Below, piece by piece: positions 20,330 to 28,644 of a stretch of DNA of 32,621 bases; position 1 is the stretch's first letter, and each line of letters starts with the position of its first letter. This DNA comes from Promethearchaeota archaeon (GTDB lineage Archaea; Asgardarchaeota; Lokiarchaeia; Sigyniarchaeales; SOKP01), in NCBI GenBank assembly GCA_016839765.1, contig JAEOTP010000044.1, forward strand, positions 1 to 32,621, read 5' to 3'. Below the pieces are notes generated by a model, which did not search any database, was not told the origin of the DNA, and was given only the letters and a program-made list of their open reading frames with translations. The translations under genes and the position numbers were made by a program.

Positions 20330-20752
20330 TTAATTAGGTTCAAATCCCAAATCTATTTTAGTTTCTCCCTTAATTTCAGTTTCTAGAAATTTGACTTTTA
20401 CTGGCATTCCAATATTAATGGTTTCTGGTTTACTTTCTTCTACACCAACAAGTTGTGCTGAAACCATAGGACCTTCTTTAAGTTTAATAATTGAAAAGCA
20501 ATAAGGTCTTTTTCTATCATATCCTTTTTCAATAAAATAAGGTGTTCCTACTGTAATACTTGTAAAAGCTGCCAATTCACCTTTTCCAGACATTTCGACC
20601 CATTCCATGTTAGATGTATTACATTTAGTGCATAATTTTCTTACTGGGACGTATAGTATACCACAATTTTTACATTTTGAGCCCATTAATTTTTTACTTT
20701 GTAAAAATTCTAAATAGCTTTGTATAGTAAAATCTTTATCCATTTCTGACAT
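20330..20752 (-). CDS. DUF35 Zn-ribbon/OB-fold protein (thiolase partner)
   Basis: CKNC...CTKC, SGKGELAAFT, IGMPVKV; directly downstream of the thiolase. Confidence 0.92.
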   Translation of the reverse strand: MSEMDKDFTIQSYLEFLQSKKLMGSKCKNCGILYVPVRKLCTKCNTSNMEWVEMSGKGELAAFTSITVGTPYFIEKGYDRKRPYCFSIIKLKEGPMVSAQLVGVEESKPETINIGMPVKVKFLETEIKGETKIDLGFEPN

Positions 20753-20768
20753 TTTTAAAATTTCACCT

Positions 20769-22028
20769 CTATTTCTGGTAAATGGTGACTACGCAAGTTC
20801 CACCAGATCCTCCTAAATTGTGAGTCATTGCTTTTTCAACATCAAATTTTACCTGTCTATTTCTTTCTGCAATACCCCTCATCTGTTTGAAAATTTCTAC
20901 TGCCATTCCTGCTCCACTTGCCCCTACAGGGTGTCCTTTACTTTTAAGCCCTCCGGAGGTGTTAATTGGTAGAGCTCCATCTCGTTTTGTTTCTCCATTT
21001 TTTATTGCTTCAACAGCTTTACCTTTTTCATAGAAACCTAAGTCTTCAAGAGCGACAATTTCAGCGATTGTAAAACAATCATGTACTTCACAGATTTCAA
21101 TATCTTTTGGTTTTAAACCAGACATCTGATATGCTTGCCTTGCTGACTCTTTTGTCGCAATAAAAGAGGTTAGTGAATCCCTATCATGTAATGATAAAGC
21201 AGCACTACCTTGACCTGTACCAGTTATCCATATAGGTGTGTCTGTAAAGTCTTTAGCTTTTTCTTCTGATGTTAAAAATAGACATGCCGCTCCATCAGTA
21301 ATTAAAGAACAATCAAATAATCTTAATGGATATGCTATGATTGGGTTAGCAGAACTTTTAAGAAAATCGAACTCATCCGACCAATCAGGAATCTCTCTTC
21401 CTTGTTCTTCATATCTTTTCCTTTTACTTATCATCATATCTTTAATTGATTGTTGCATTTGAGCGTAAGGATTCTCCGCACCATTCTCATGATTTTTAAT
21501 ACCAACCCTCATTAAATCTTCTGCAGTTGTCCCATATTTATGAAAATGTGCTGATGCTAGTGTAGCATATAATCCCGGAAACGTTGCCCCAGCAGGATAC
21601 TCAAATAAACTGTCGGAAGCTGTCGCTAATACGTCAGTAACTCCCGCTGTTGGGAGTTCTGTCATACATTCTACACCACTTACCGCTATTACATCATGTA
21701 TGCCTGAAGCAATTGCAATAATTGCCTGTCTTAATGCTATACCACTACTAGCACAAGCTCCTTCAAATCTAGGTGCTGGCTTTGGCGTTAAACCAACTAG
21801 ATTAGCCATTTGGGGTCCCAAATGTCCTTGATGATTAAATAAATCTGAAGAATAATTACCAACATAGCAGGCATCAATATCTTTTGGCTCAATTCCATTA
21901 TCCACTGACTCAACTGCATTAAGCCAAGCATCAATCCATAAATCAGGATTGCGTTTAACTGGGAAATGATTTCCAAATTTGGACATTCCCGCTCCTACCA
22001 ACGCAACGCCTTTAGCTAATTTTCCCAT
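20769..22028 (-). CDS. Thiolase, SCP-x/archaeal type (acetyl-CoA C-acyltransferase)
   Basis: EGACASS (catalytic Cys), TDGAA, EVHDCFT, KGHPVGASG, HNLGG. Confidence 0.95.
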   Translation of the reverse strand: MGKLAKGVALVGAGMSKFGNHFPVKRNPDLWIDAWLNAVESVDNGIEPKDIDACYVGNYSSDLFNHQGHLGPQMANLVGLTPKPAPRFEGACASSGIALRQAIIAIASGIHDVIAVSGVECMTELPTAGVTDVLATASDSLFEYPAGATFPGLYATLASAHFHKYGTTAEDLMRVGIKNHENGAENPYAQMQQSIKDMMISKRKRYEEQGREIPDWSDEFDFLKSSANPIIAYPLRLFDCSLITDGAACLFLTSEEKAKDFTDTPIWITGTGQGSAALSLHDRDSLTSFIATKESARQAYQMSGLKPKDIEICEVHDCFTIAEIVALEDLGFYEKGKAVEAIKNGETKRDGALPINTSGGLKSKGHPVGASGAGMAVEIFKQMRGIAERNRQVKFDVEKAMTHNLGGSGGTCVVTIYQK

Positions 22029-22156
22029 TTTTTGTACCTTTTATTTGTTTTTAATTAATTTAAAAAAATTAATAAATTGAATTGTTGACTTTTTTTATTT
22101 CTTTTTCTTTCACTTAATAGTTAATATTTTTATCTATTTTTTCATTAGTTGAATTT

Positions 22157-22591
22157 ATGTCAAAATTAGAACTAGTTAAATGGGAAGATTATAAAGTAGG
22201 AGATTCAGCAGAATTTACTAAAACTATAACCGAAGAGGATGTAATGAAATTTGCAGAAGTGACTGGCGATTACAACCCTATACATGTTGATCCCGAATAT
22301 GCAAAAACTCAGATGTTTGGGAAACAAGTTGCACATGGTGCTCTAAGTTCTGGTTTAATTTCAGCTGTTTTAGGCACTAAATTGTTTGGACCAGGTATTT
22401 TATATGGTGGACAGACTGTTAAGTTTATTAAACCCGTGTTTTTTGGCGATACATTAACCGCTGTTGGCACAGTGAAAGAAAAGTTCACTAAAAAGGATGG
22501 TAAATTAAAATTCATTATATGTGATACAATAGTAAAAAACCAGAATGATGAAGTTGTAACATCTGGAGAAGGAACAATAGTATTTATGTAA
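22157..22591 (+). CDS. MaoC-family (R)-specific enoyl-CoA hydratase
   Basis: FAEVTGDYNPIH, VAHG, FIKPVFFGD. Confidence 0.93.
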   Translation: MSKLELVKWEDYKVGDSAEFTKTITEEDVMKFAEVTGDYNPIHVDPEYAKTQMFGKQVAHGALSSGLISAVLGTKLFGPGILYGGQTVKFIKPVFFGDTLTAVGTVKEKFTKKDGKLKFIICDTIVKNQNDEVVTSGEGTIVFM

Positions 22592-22673
22592 TCTTTAGCT
22601 AAAAATTCATTAATTTTTATTAAGGTTAATTTATCTGAGTATCTCGATAAAAATATGATGTTGGAAAAAAATT

Positions 22674-24335
22674 CTAATAATCTACTTTTAAATCTTTTAT
22701 ATCAATGATTCTTTTCTCGCATTTTTTTAGGATTAAATCATGAATTTTATTAACATTTTCCTTAAATTTAAAAGGAACAAAATGTACTCCTAACCTTGAT
22801 TTTAAAAGCGGAGGTATATGATCTGGACTAAAGAACACAGGAATAATAGGTATTTCCATACTATCCGCCGCTGTCCATTCCTTTGTGACGGGTTTAGATT
22901 TTAATGCATGAGGAGAACAAAATAAGAGCATCACATCACATTTACCCAGATTCTCATCCATATATTCAAAAATATTATCTTTCATATCCTCTTGCCAATA
23001 AAGAACTTTTTTTATGTCATTATAAGTAGTCAGGATTTCTGAAATTTCTTTAATTTTAAACCAATCAGCATCTTTAGTTGCATAACTAACAAAAACTAGT
23101 AGCTCTTCACTAACCGAAATTTTAGATATACTAGGAGTTTCAGCGGTTTTGAATATAATTTCATTATTTTGAATTTCTGCATTTAGTTCTCCTTTAAGTA
23201 TCATCTCTTCAATTAGTTCTTCAATTTTTTTAAGTTCTAATCCAGTCTTTGAAGATAAATTATCAAATTTGATTCCTCTATGCGTTTGTAATATTCTGTT
23301 CTTAATATATTTATTAAACTCATTTTTAATAACAATATCTTTAAAAGGGAAATTCGGAACTTTCCACTCTGCAACTTCTAAGTCTTTAACATAATCGATA
23401 ATTTGGCTGGTATAACTATTATCATATAATATACTTCTTAAAGGTAAATAATTATAAACATAAAGAATGAAATCTTTCATTTTTCTTAAAGCGAAAGGAG
23501 CATTATTATAGATTTCTTTATCCATTAATTTAATAACTGGTCGAGATTCAAAATGTGCTATGCCTAATTCATAAAATACGTTTGGATCTGGGAATGTTAA
23601 GATTGCAATGCACAAATCCATGGTTAACATTGCCTCATACACTTGATCAGATAATAATTTTAGTCTTTGTTCTGATAATAATCTGAATGCTCGTTCAGAT
23701 AATAACCCTGGTTCTGATGGAGTCTCAGTAGATTTAAAATCAAAAATTGTGTAAGGGTTCATACCACACTTTTTCAATGCAGGTTTAATAATATAATTGA
23801 TAACATCATCAACATGATTTCTCAGATTTGATCCTTCATGTCCTATAGGCCTGATTATATAACATTTCTTCATATTTTCTTTTTGAAAAGGTTTTAAACC
23901 TTTTATTTTCTGGATTTTTTCGAAACTAAATGGTTGAGATGCTTCCCAATTGTTTTTTTCAACGTGCTTGACCCTTTTAACAATTTCTTTAATAACAGTC
24001 TCAACATTCAACTCAGTTACGTCATTTACATCGTAAATAACACTGTATTCATTATTGAGGTAAAAAGGAAGGGATTCTCCTTTTGCCTTCAGAAAAATAA
24101 GTGGTCTACCTGCACATTTGGCAATTGCAGTTTGGTAATATAATAATGGGTGTTTTCTTGAATGAACTATGATACATAAGTCATAGGTGGGTATTAAATT
24201 AAACACTTCATTAGTCATTTTAGGTGCTTGGAACGTTTCTATACCACATTCTTGTATTGCCGGCTTGATAATGTGATTAAAAACTTGATCATATCTATTT
24301 ACTCGGTATGGACTTATTACAAAGCATTTAGGCAT
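22674..24335 (-). CDS. Multidomain protein: NDT-like (degenerate) + NDT-like + PCI-like winged helix + TIR
   Basis: KCFVISP/KCYIIRP, IIKPA, DLCI and (N)VFYELGIA..RPVI repeated twice; wHTH at aa ~345-397; TIR VFVSY...CDVMLLFCS...SKPVTKEW...IIPVF. Confidence 0.8.
   Translation of the reverse strand: MPKCFVISPYRVNRYDQVFNHIIKPAIQECGIETFQAPKMTNEVFNLIPTYDLCIIVHSRKHPLLYYQTAIAKCAGRPLIFLKAKGESLPFYLNNEYSVIYDVNDVTELNVETVIKEIVKRVKHVEKNNWEASQPFSFEKIQKIKGLKPFQKENMKKCYIIRPIGHEGSNLRNHVDDVINYIIKPALKKCGMNPYTIFDFKSTETPSEPGLLSERAFRLLSEQRLKLLSDQVYEAMLTMDLCIAILTFPDPNVFYELGIAHFESRPVIKLMDKEIYNNAPFALRKMKDFILYVYNYLPLRSILYDNSYTSQIIDYVKDLEVAEWKVPNFPFKDIVIKNEFNKYIKNRILQTHRGIKFDNLSSKTGLELKKIEELIEEMILKGELNAEIQNNEIIFKTAETPSISKISVSEELLVFVSYATKDADWFKIKEISEILTTYNDIKKVLYWQEDMKDNIFEYMDENLGKCDVMLLFCSPHALKSKPVTKEWTAADSMEIPIIPVFFSPDHIPPLLKSRLGVHFVPFKFKENVNKIHDLILKKCEKRIIDIKDLKVDY
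23647..23705. repeat. Three copies of TC(A/T)GATAATAA at 24-nt period inside the NDT-TIR gene
   Basis: Copies at 23647, 23671 and 23695; encode LLSERAFR-LLSEQRLK-LLSDQVYE. Confidence 0.8.
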
Positions 24336-24629
24336 TTTATATCATCAATAATAAGTAAAATAATCTAGGGTTGACAGATTGAGATTTATAAGAAATTAAC
24401 TTCTATATTTGATAAATTGAATTTTTTATTATTTAAAACTTACAATATTCTTGTTTTCGTATGGAATTATAGAGATACATATTTAATATCAATTACTAAA
24501 TAGGAAATTAGTCAATTTTATTCAATTTGATAATTAATTTTTTCGCTTAACAAAGGTAAATTTAAAATTATTATAAGTCATTATTATCTTTTAATTAAGA
24601 TTATTTCAAATGGTTATAAAGGAATCTAT

Positions 24630-25325
24630 ATGGTTTATTTGGATGTTATTAACATAGTTAAAGTAATTACTGCAATAATTACAATCATAATTGCATTTAG
24701 TGCGGGATTTATTGAGCTGCGTTTAAATTCAAAAAACTGGTTAAATAGATGGTTTGCCTTGTTTTTTTTATCTGCTTCCTTGGGATTTTTAGCATATACA
24801 ATTTACCATCTAATAACATGTAGCGGATGTGAACCTATTATTATTTCCATTATGATTACAGCACAGATTTTTTTCAATTTTATTCCTATATCCTTAGTAA
24901 TGACAGTTTTTATATTAGAAAAATCTCCGAAGATAGCTATGAGTCTAAAATATCTTGGAACAATGATAGCATTATTCATATCAATGAGTTTCGGGTATTT
25001 TATCTGGAAACCATGGGTGGATCCAGTTAAATATGCACAAAGTATTGTTGATACCAAAACCGAACCTATTTTACAAATTTTTGTGAATCTTCTCAGGATA
25101 GTATTAGCCGCTTATGTAGTGTATAAATATGCTATGATTACCAGAAAAACCGAGGGAGAAACTAAAAAAAGAATACAATGGTTTTTTGTAGGAGTATTTA
25201 TCGTCATTGTTGGGCTCATTATCAATTTAATTGGAGGTTTGCTCAAATTTCCTGAATTTGAAATTCTTGCCTTGATTCTGTTTAATATCGGGGCAATAAC
25301 AATAGTTAAGGGCTTTTTTATGTAA
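24630..25325 (+). CDS. Stand-alone seven-transmembrane protein (HisKA_7TM-like sensor module without output domain)
   Basis: Seven hydrophobic segments; WLNRWF after TM1 and KKRIQWF before TM6. Confidence 0.65.
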   Translation: MVYLDVINIVKVITAIITIIIAFSAGFIELRLNSKNWLNRWFALFFLSASLGFLAYTIYHLITCSGCEPIIISIMITAQIFFNFIPISLVMTVFILEKSPKIAMSLKYLGTMIALFISMSFGYFIWKPWVDPVKYAQSIVDTKTEPILQIFVNLLRIVLAAYVVYKYAMITRKTEGETKKRIQWFFVGVFIVIVGLIINLIGGLLKFPEFEILALILFNIGAITIVKGFFM

Positions 25326-25403
25326 TAAAATTTATTTTATTGCTCCGTATTTCTTATAAATAGTTATAATGAACTTATGGGAATAGATAGCTTAACAGAT
25401 GTA

Positions 25404-25946
25404 TTAATATTCTATACCTAATCGAGCATTTATTCCCTTAGAAGCATAATAATGCTTTATCATTCTCATTTCTGTTAATAGATCAGCCCTCTCTTTTATT
25501 TTCGGATGCATATTTGGTCCCCCAGTTAAAATTAATTCGACTTTTTCTGGCTTTTTTCTTATTAATTTTAATACTGCCTCAACTTCAAGTAATCCATACG
25601 TGATTGCAACACCTATCTCATCCAAAATGACAATATCATATTCATCACTCATAATTATTTTTTCTGCAAACTCTAAGGCTTTCTTAGCTTGCTCGTAATC
25701 GATATCCCTTGGTTCACTAATTAAATCTGGAGTACCAAATTGTTTCACTTCAAAATTAGGTGTATTTTTGATTGATTCTAACTCACCATACCGATAGTCA
25801 CCTTTCATAAATTGTACCATATATACTTTAAAACCATGTCCAATTGCTCGGAATCCTTGTCCTAAAGCGGCTGTAGTTTTACCCTTCCCCCTACCAAAAT
25901 ATACTTGAATAAATCCTTGCTTTAACCTTTTTCTATTGGAACTCAT
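25404..25946 (-). CDS. cobO: Cob(I)yrinic acid a,c-diamide adenosyltransferase (CobO/BtuR)
   Basis: YFGRGKGKTTAALG, VQFMKG, ILDEI, ELILTG, ARLGIEY. Confidence 0.95.
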   Translation of the reverse strand: MSSNRKRLKQGFIQVYFGRGKGKTTAALGQGFRAIGHGFKVYMVQFMKGDYRYGELESIKNTPNFEVKQFGTPDLISEPRDIDYEQAKKALEFAEKIIMSDEYDIVILDEIGVAITYGLLEVEAVLKLIRKKPEKVELILTGGPNMHPKIKERADLLTEMRMIKHYYASKGINARLGIEY

Positions 25947-26060
25947 AATTTTCCTTATCGTATATTTAATTAAATAGTGGAATATTCTATCATTTAATTA
26001 TTTTTTAATATCAGCTATTAAGGTTTAATTAATATCTAATGAAGATATAACTGTGATTAT

Positions 26061-26828
26061 ATGGGAAATTTTGAAGAATTAAGTAATAAAATAAATAAAT
26101 ATCTACGATTATCCACTTTTCCGGTGGGAGTAAAATTATTAGAAAATACAGAAGAGTTAAATACCATAAAATTCTTAAAAAACCCAGAAAAAAAACTAGC
26201 TATTTGTCAGATTTTCAGCTATGCCAGATATTATGGGTGGACTATGGGTTGCACTAAAGAAGATAATTTATGCCCACTCGCCGGAATATCTCTTGGGTTA
26301 GAAGAATCTTATAGATTATTTGAAGAAGGAGCTTTTTTCGTAGGTAGATATAATGAAACTAAAGAAGCCGCCATAAAAACAACAACCTCAATGCCTAAGT
26401 TACCATTTGGTAAATTTTCTGCTATTCTAGCTGGTGCTTTACACCGTATCGATTTCACACCAGATTTAATATTAATTTGGGGAAATTCTGCTCAAATAAT
26501 GAGAATTATTCAAGGATATCTATGGAAAAAAGGCGGGAGAGTCTCAATGTCAACATTCTGCGACGGAGTGTGTGCAGATACTATTTCAAATGCATTGATT
26601 ACAAAGGATTTACAAATAGCTTTTCCTTGCCTTGGTGATCGCCGATTTGGCATGGCATTAGATTCAGATTTAATAGCATCTATACCAATAGAACTTATTG
26701 ATGAGATATTAGAAGGAATAGAGAAAACCCACAAAGCAGGTACGAGATATCCAATACCATACCAAATATCAACTCCAGAGTTTTTTATGAAGTTGAAAGA
26801 ACAATTAGATAAGGTCGAAAAGAATTAA
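26061..26828 (+). CDS. DUF169 family protein
   Basis: PVGVK, ICQ...AR, LCP, PDLILIWG, GVCAD, PCLGDRRF. Confidence 0.88.
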   Translation: MGNFEELSNKINKYLRLSTFPVGVKLLENTEELNTIKFLKNPEKKLAICQIFSYARYYGWTMGCTKEDNLCPLAGISLGLEESYRLFEEGAFFVGRYNETKEAAIKTTTSMPKLPFGKFSAILAGALHRIDFTPDLILIWGNSAQIMRIIQGYLWKKGGRVSMSTFCDGVCADTISNALITKDLQIAFPCLGDRRFGMALDSDLIASIPIELIDEILEGIEKTHKAGTRYPIPYQISTPEFFMKLKEQLDKVEKN

Positions 26829-26918
26829 TTTAAATTACTTTTCTTAATAATATTAGTTTATAATTAAAATTTAAGATTAGATTTCATGAGGGGAGAATAA
26901 ATCAGAGAAAGCAAACTT

Positions 26919-27761
26919 ATGCCTTTAAGGGAGGCAATCTCTACTTACGTTCAAGATGGCGATTTGGTTGGATTAGGAGGGCTTTCTTTTTGGAGAAAAC
27001 CAATCAGCGCTTGTAGAGAGATAATTAGACAAGAAAAGAAAAATTTATCAGCATGTACATTTGTGGGCGGAATTGATATAGATATGCTTATAGCCGGAGG
27101 GTGCATCTCAGAAGTAAGAAGTTGTTTTGTAGGAATGGAAACATTTGGTATGGCTCCGCATTATAGAAAAGCTGTTGAATCTGGTAAGGTGAAGATTTCC
27201 GAGGAAAGTGAAGCTACGATTGCTTTAGGATTAAGAGCGTCTTATTTAAAAACACCTTTTATGCCTTTAAAGGGGATAATAGGAACTGACTTTCCTAAAG
27301 TAAGAGATGATATTAAACAAATAGAAGATCCCCTTGGGTCAGGAACTCAAGTAATGGCAGTTCCTAAAATAGATCTAGATGTTGCAATTTTGCACGTACC
27401 TTATGCTGATGAAATTGGAAACGGTAATATTGCCGGTGCTGTGTGGATGGATGATGATATGGCAAAAACAGCAAAAAAGACGATTATTATATGTGAAAAA
27501 TTAGTGGAAACTGAAGATATCCGATACTTACCTGGGAAAGCTCAATTACCAATGCAGACAACCACAGCTGTAGTAAAATCTCCTTTTGGAGCTCATCCTA
27601 CTAGTTGTTACCCTATATATACTTTTGATCCTCTTCATATTCAAGAATATCTTAAAATGGATTTTGAAGATTATAAGAATAAGTTTATTATAGATAAAAC
27701 TCCAGTACAATATCTTGAACAAACAGGTGGAATACAAACCATTTTTAACATATTATTATAA
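26919..27761 (+). CDS. CoA-transferase family subunit A (GctA/IpdA-like); true start may be upstream near 26901
   Basis: VQDGDLVGLGG, PFMP..IIGTD, DVAILHV..AD..GN, PFGAHPTSC. Confidence 0.9.
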   Translation: MPLREAISTYVQDGDLVGLGGLSFWRKPISACREIIRQEKKNLSACTFVGGIDIDMLIAGGCISEVRSCFVGMETFGMAPHYRKAVESGKVKISEESEATIALGLRASYLKTPFMPLKGIIGTDFPKVRDDIKQIEDPLGSGTQVMAVPKIDLDVAILHVPYADEIGNGNIAGAVWMDDDMAKTAKKTIIICEKLVETEDIRYLPGKAQLPMQTTTAVVKSPFGAHPTSCYPIYTFDPLHIQEYLKMDFEDYKNKFIIDKTPVQYLEQTGGIQTIFNILL

Positions 27762-27805
27762 TTATAATCAAATTTTCAAAAATTAAAATTAAAAAGTGTG
27801 GTTTT

Positions 27806-28603
27806 ATGAATGAAACTAAGAAAATGAATCAAACTTTAGAGATAATCGAGAAGAGAAGAACTATCCGTGCATATAACCCTACTCCATTAACTCCAGAAGA
27901 AATTAATACTATTATCCATGGAGCCATGAGAGCTCCCACAGCAGGTAATATGATGTTCTATTCTATTATTCAGGTAAATGACCAAAAAATGAAAGATAAA
28001 TTAGCATTAACCTGTGATAATCAGCCTCATATTGCTAAGGCTCCCTTAGTTCTGATTTTTTTAGCTGATGTGCAACGTTGGTGGGATTATCTTCAACTTA
28101 GCATGGTTCCTGATCTATGTGAAGAAAGGGGTATAGACCTTGAAACTCCACAAGAATCAGACTTGCTAATGGCATGTTGTGATGCCTTAATTGCTGCACA
28201 GAATGCAGTTATCACAGCTGAGTCATTAGGAATAGGTTCATGCTATATTGGTGATATTATGGAAAACATCGAAATACATCGCGAAATGTTTAATCTCCCT
28301 AAATGGGTATTTCCCATTACAATGGTCTGTTTTGGATACCCTAAAGGTGATAAAGAAAAGATACCATTAAAAGAACGATTCCCCAAGAAATTTATCCATT
28401 TTATCGATAATTACAATAGACTAAATAAGGAAGATTTTACTGAAATGTTTCATAATGTAAATAGGGATTTTAATATAAAATTTGCTAAGAATTTAGGACA
28501 ACAGTTTTATTTTGGGAAATTAGGTGCTGATTTTTCAAAAGAAATGCGTCGATCTGTTAAAATCGCTATTAAGGATTGGATTGCAAAAAATGGTGATTTG
28601 TAA
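27806..28603 (+). CDS. Nitroreductase / flavin reductase (NfsA/FRP-like)
   Basis: RRTIRAY, APTAGN, AAQN..AESLGIGSCYIG, FGYP. Confidence 0.92.
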   Translation: MNETKKMNQTLEIIEKRRTIRAYNPTPLTPEEINTIIHGAMRAPTAGNMMFYSIIQVNDQKMKDKLALTCDNQPHIAKAPLVLIFLADVQRWWDYLQLSMVPDLCEERGIDLETPQESDLLMACCDALIAAQNAVITAESLGIGSCYIGDIMENIEIHREMFNLPKWVFPITMVCFGYPKGDKEKIPLKERFPKKFIHFIDNYNRLNKEDFTEMFHNVNRDFNIKFAKNLGQQFYFGKLGADFSKEMRRSVKIAIKDWIAKNGDL

Positions 28604-28644
28604 ATTTAATTATTGAAAGTATATAATGAAAGAGGTATAAAAAA

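Noticed and set aside
22674-24335. Assignment to Thoeris, CBASS or retron
   Set aside because: No ThsA (SIR2/Macro/SLOG), cyclase, reverse transcriptase or msr-msd element is visible nearby
24630-25325. Possible microbial rhodopsin (7TM with a Lys near the C-terminus)
   Set aside because: The Lys is at the extreme end of helix 7 (IVKGFF), with no DxxxK motif or helix-3 RYxxW signature
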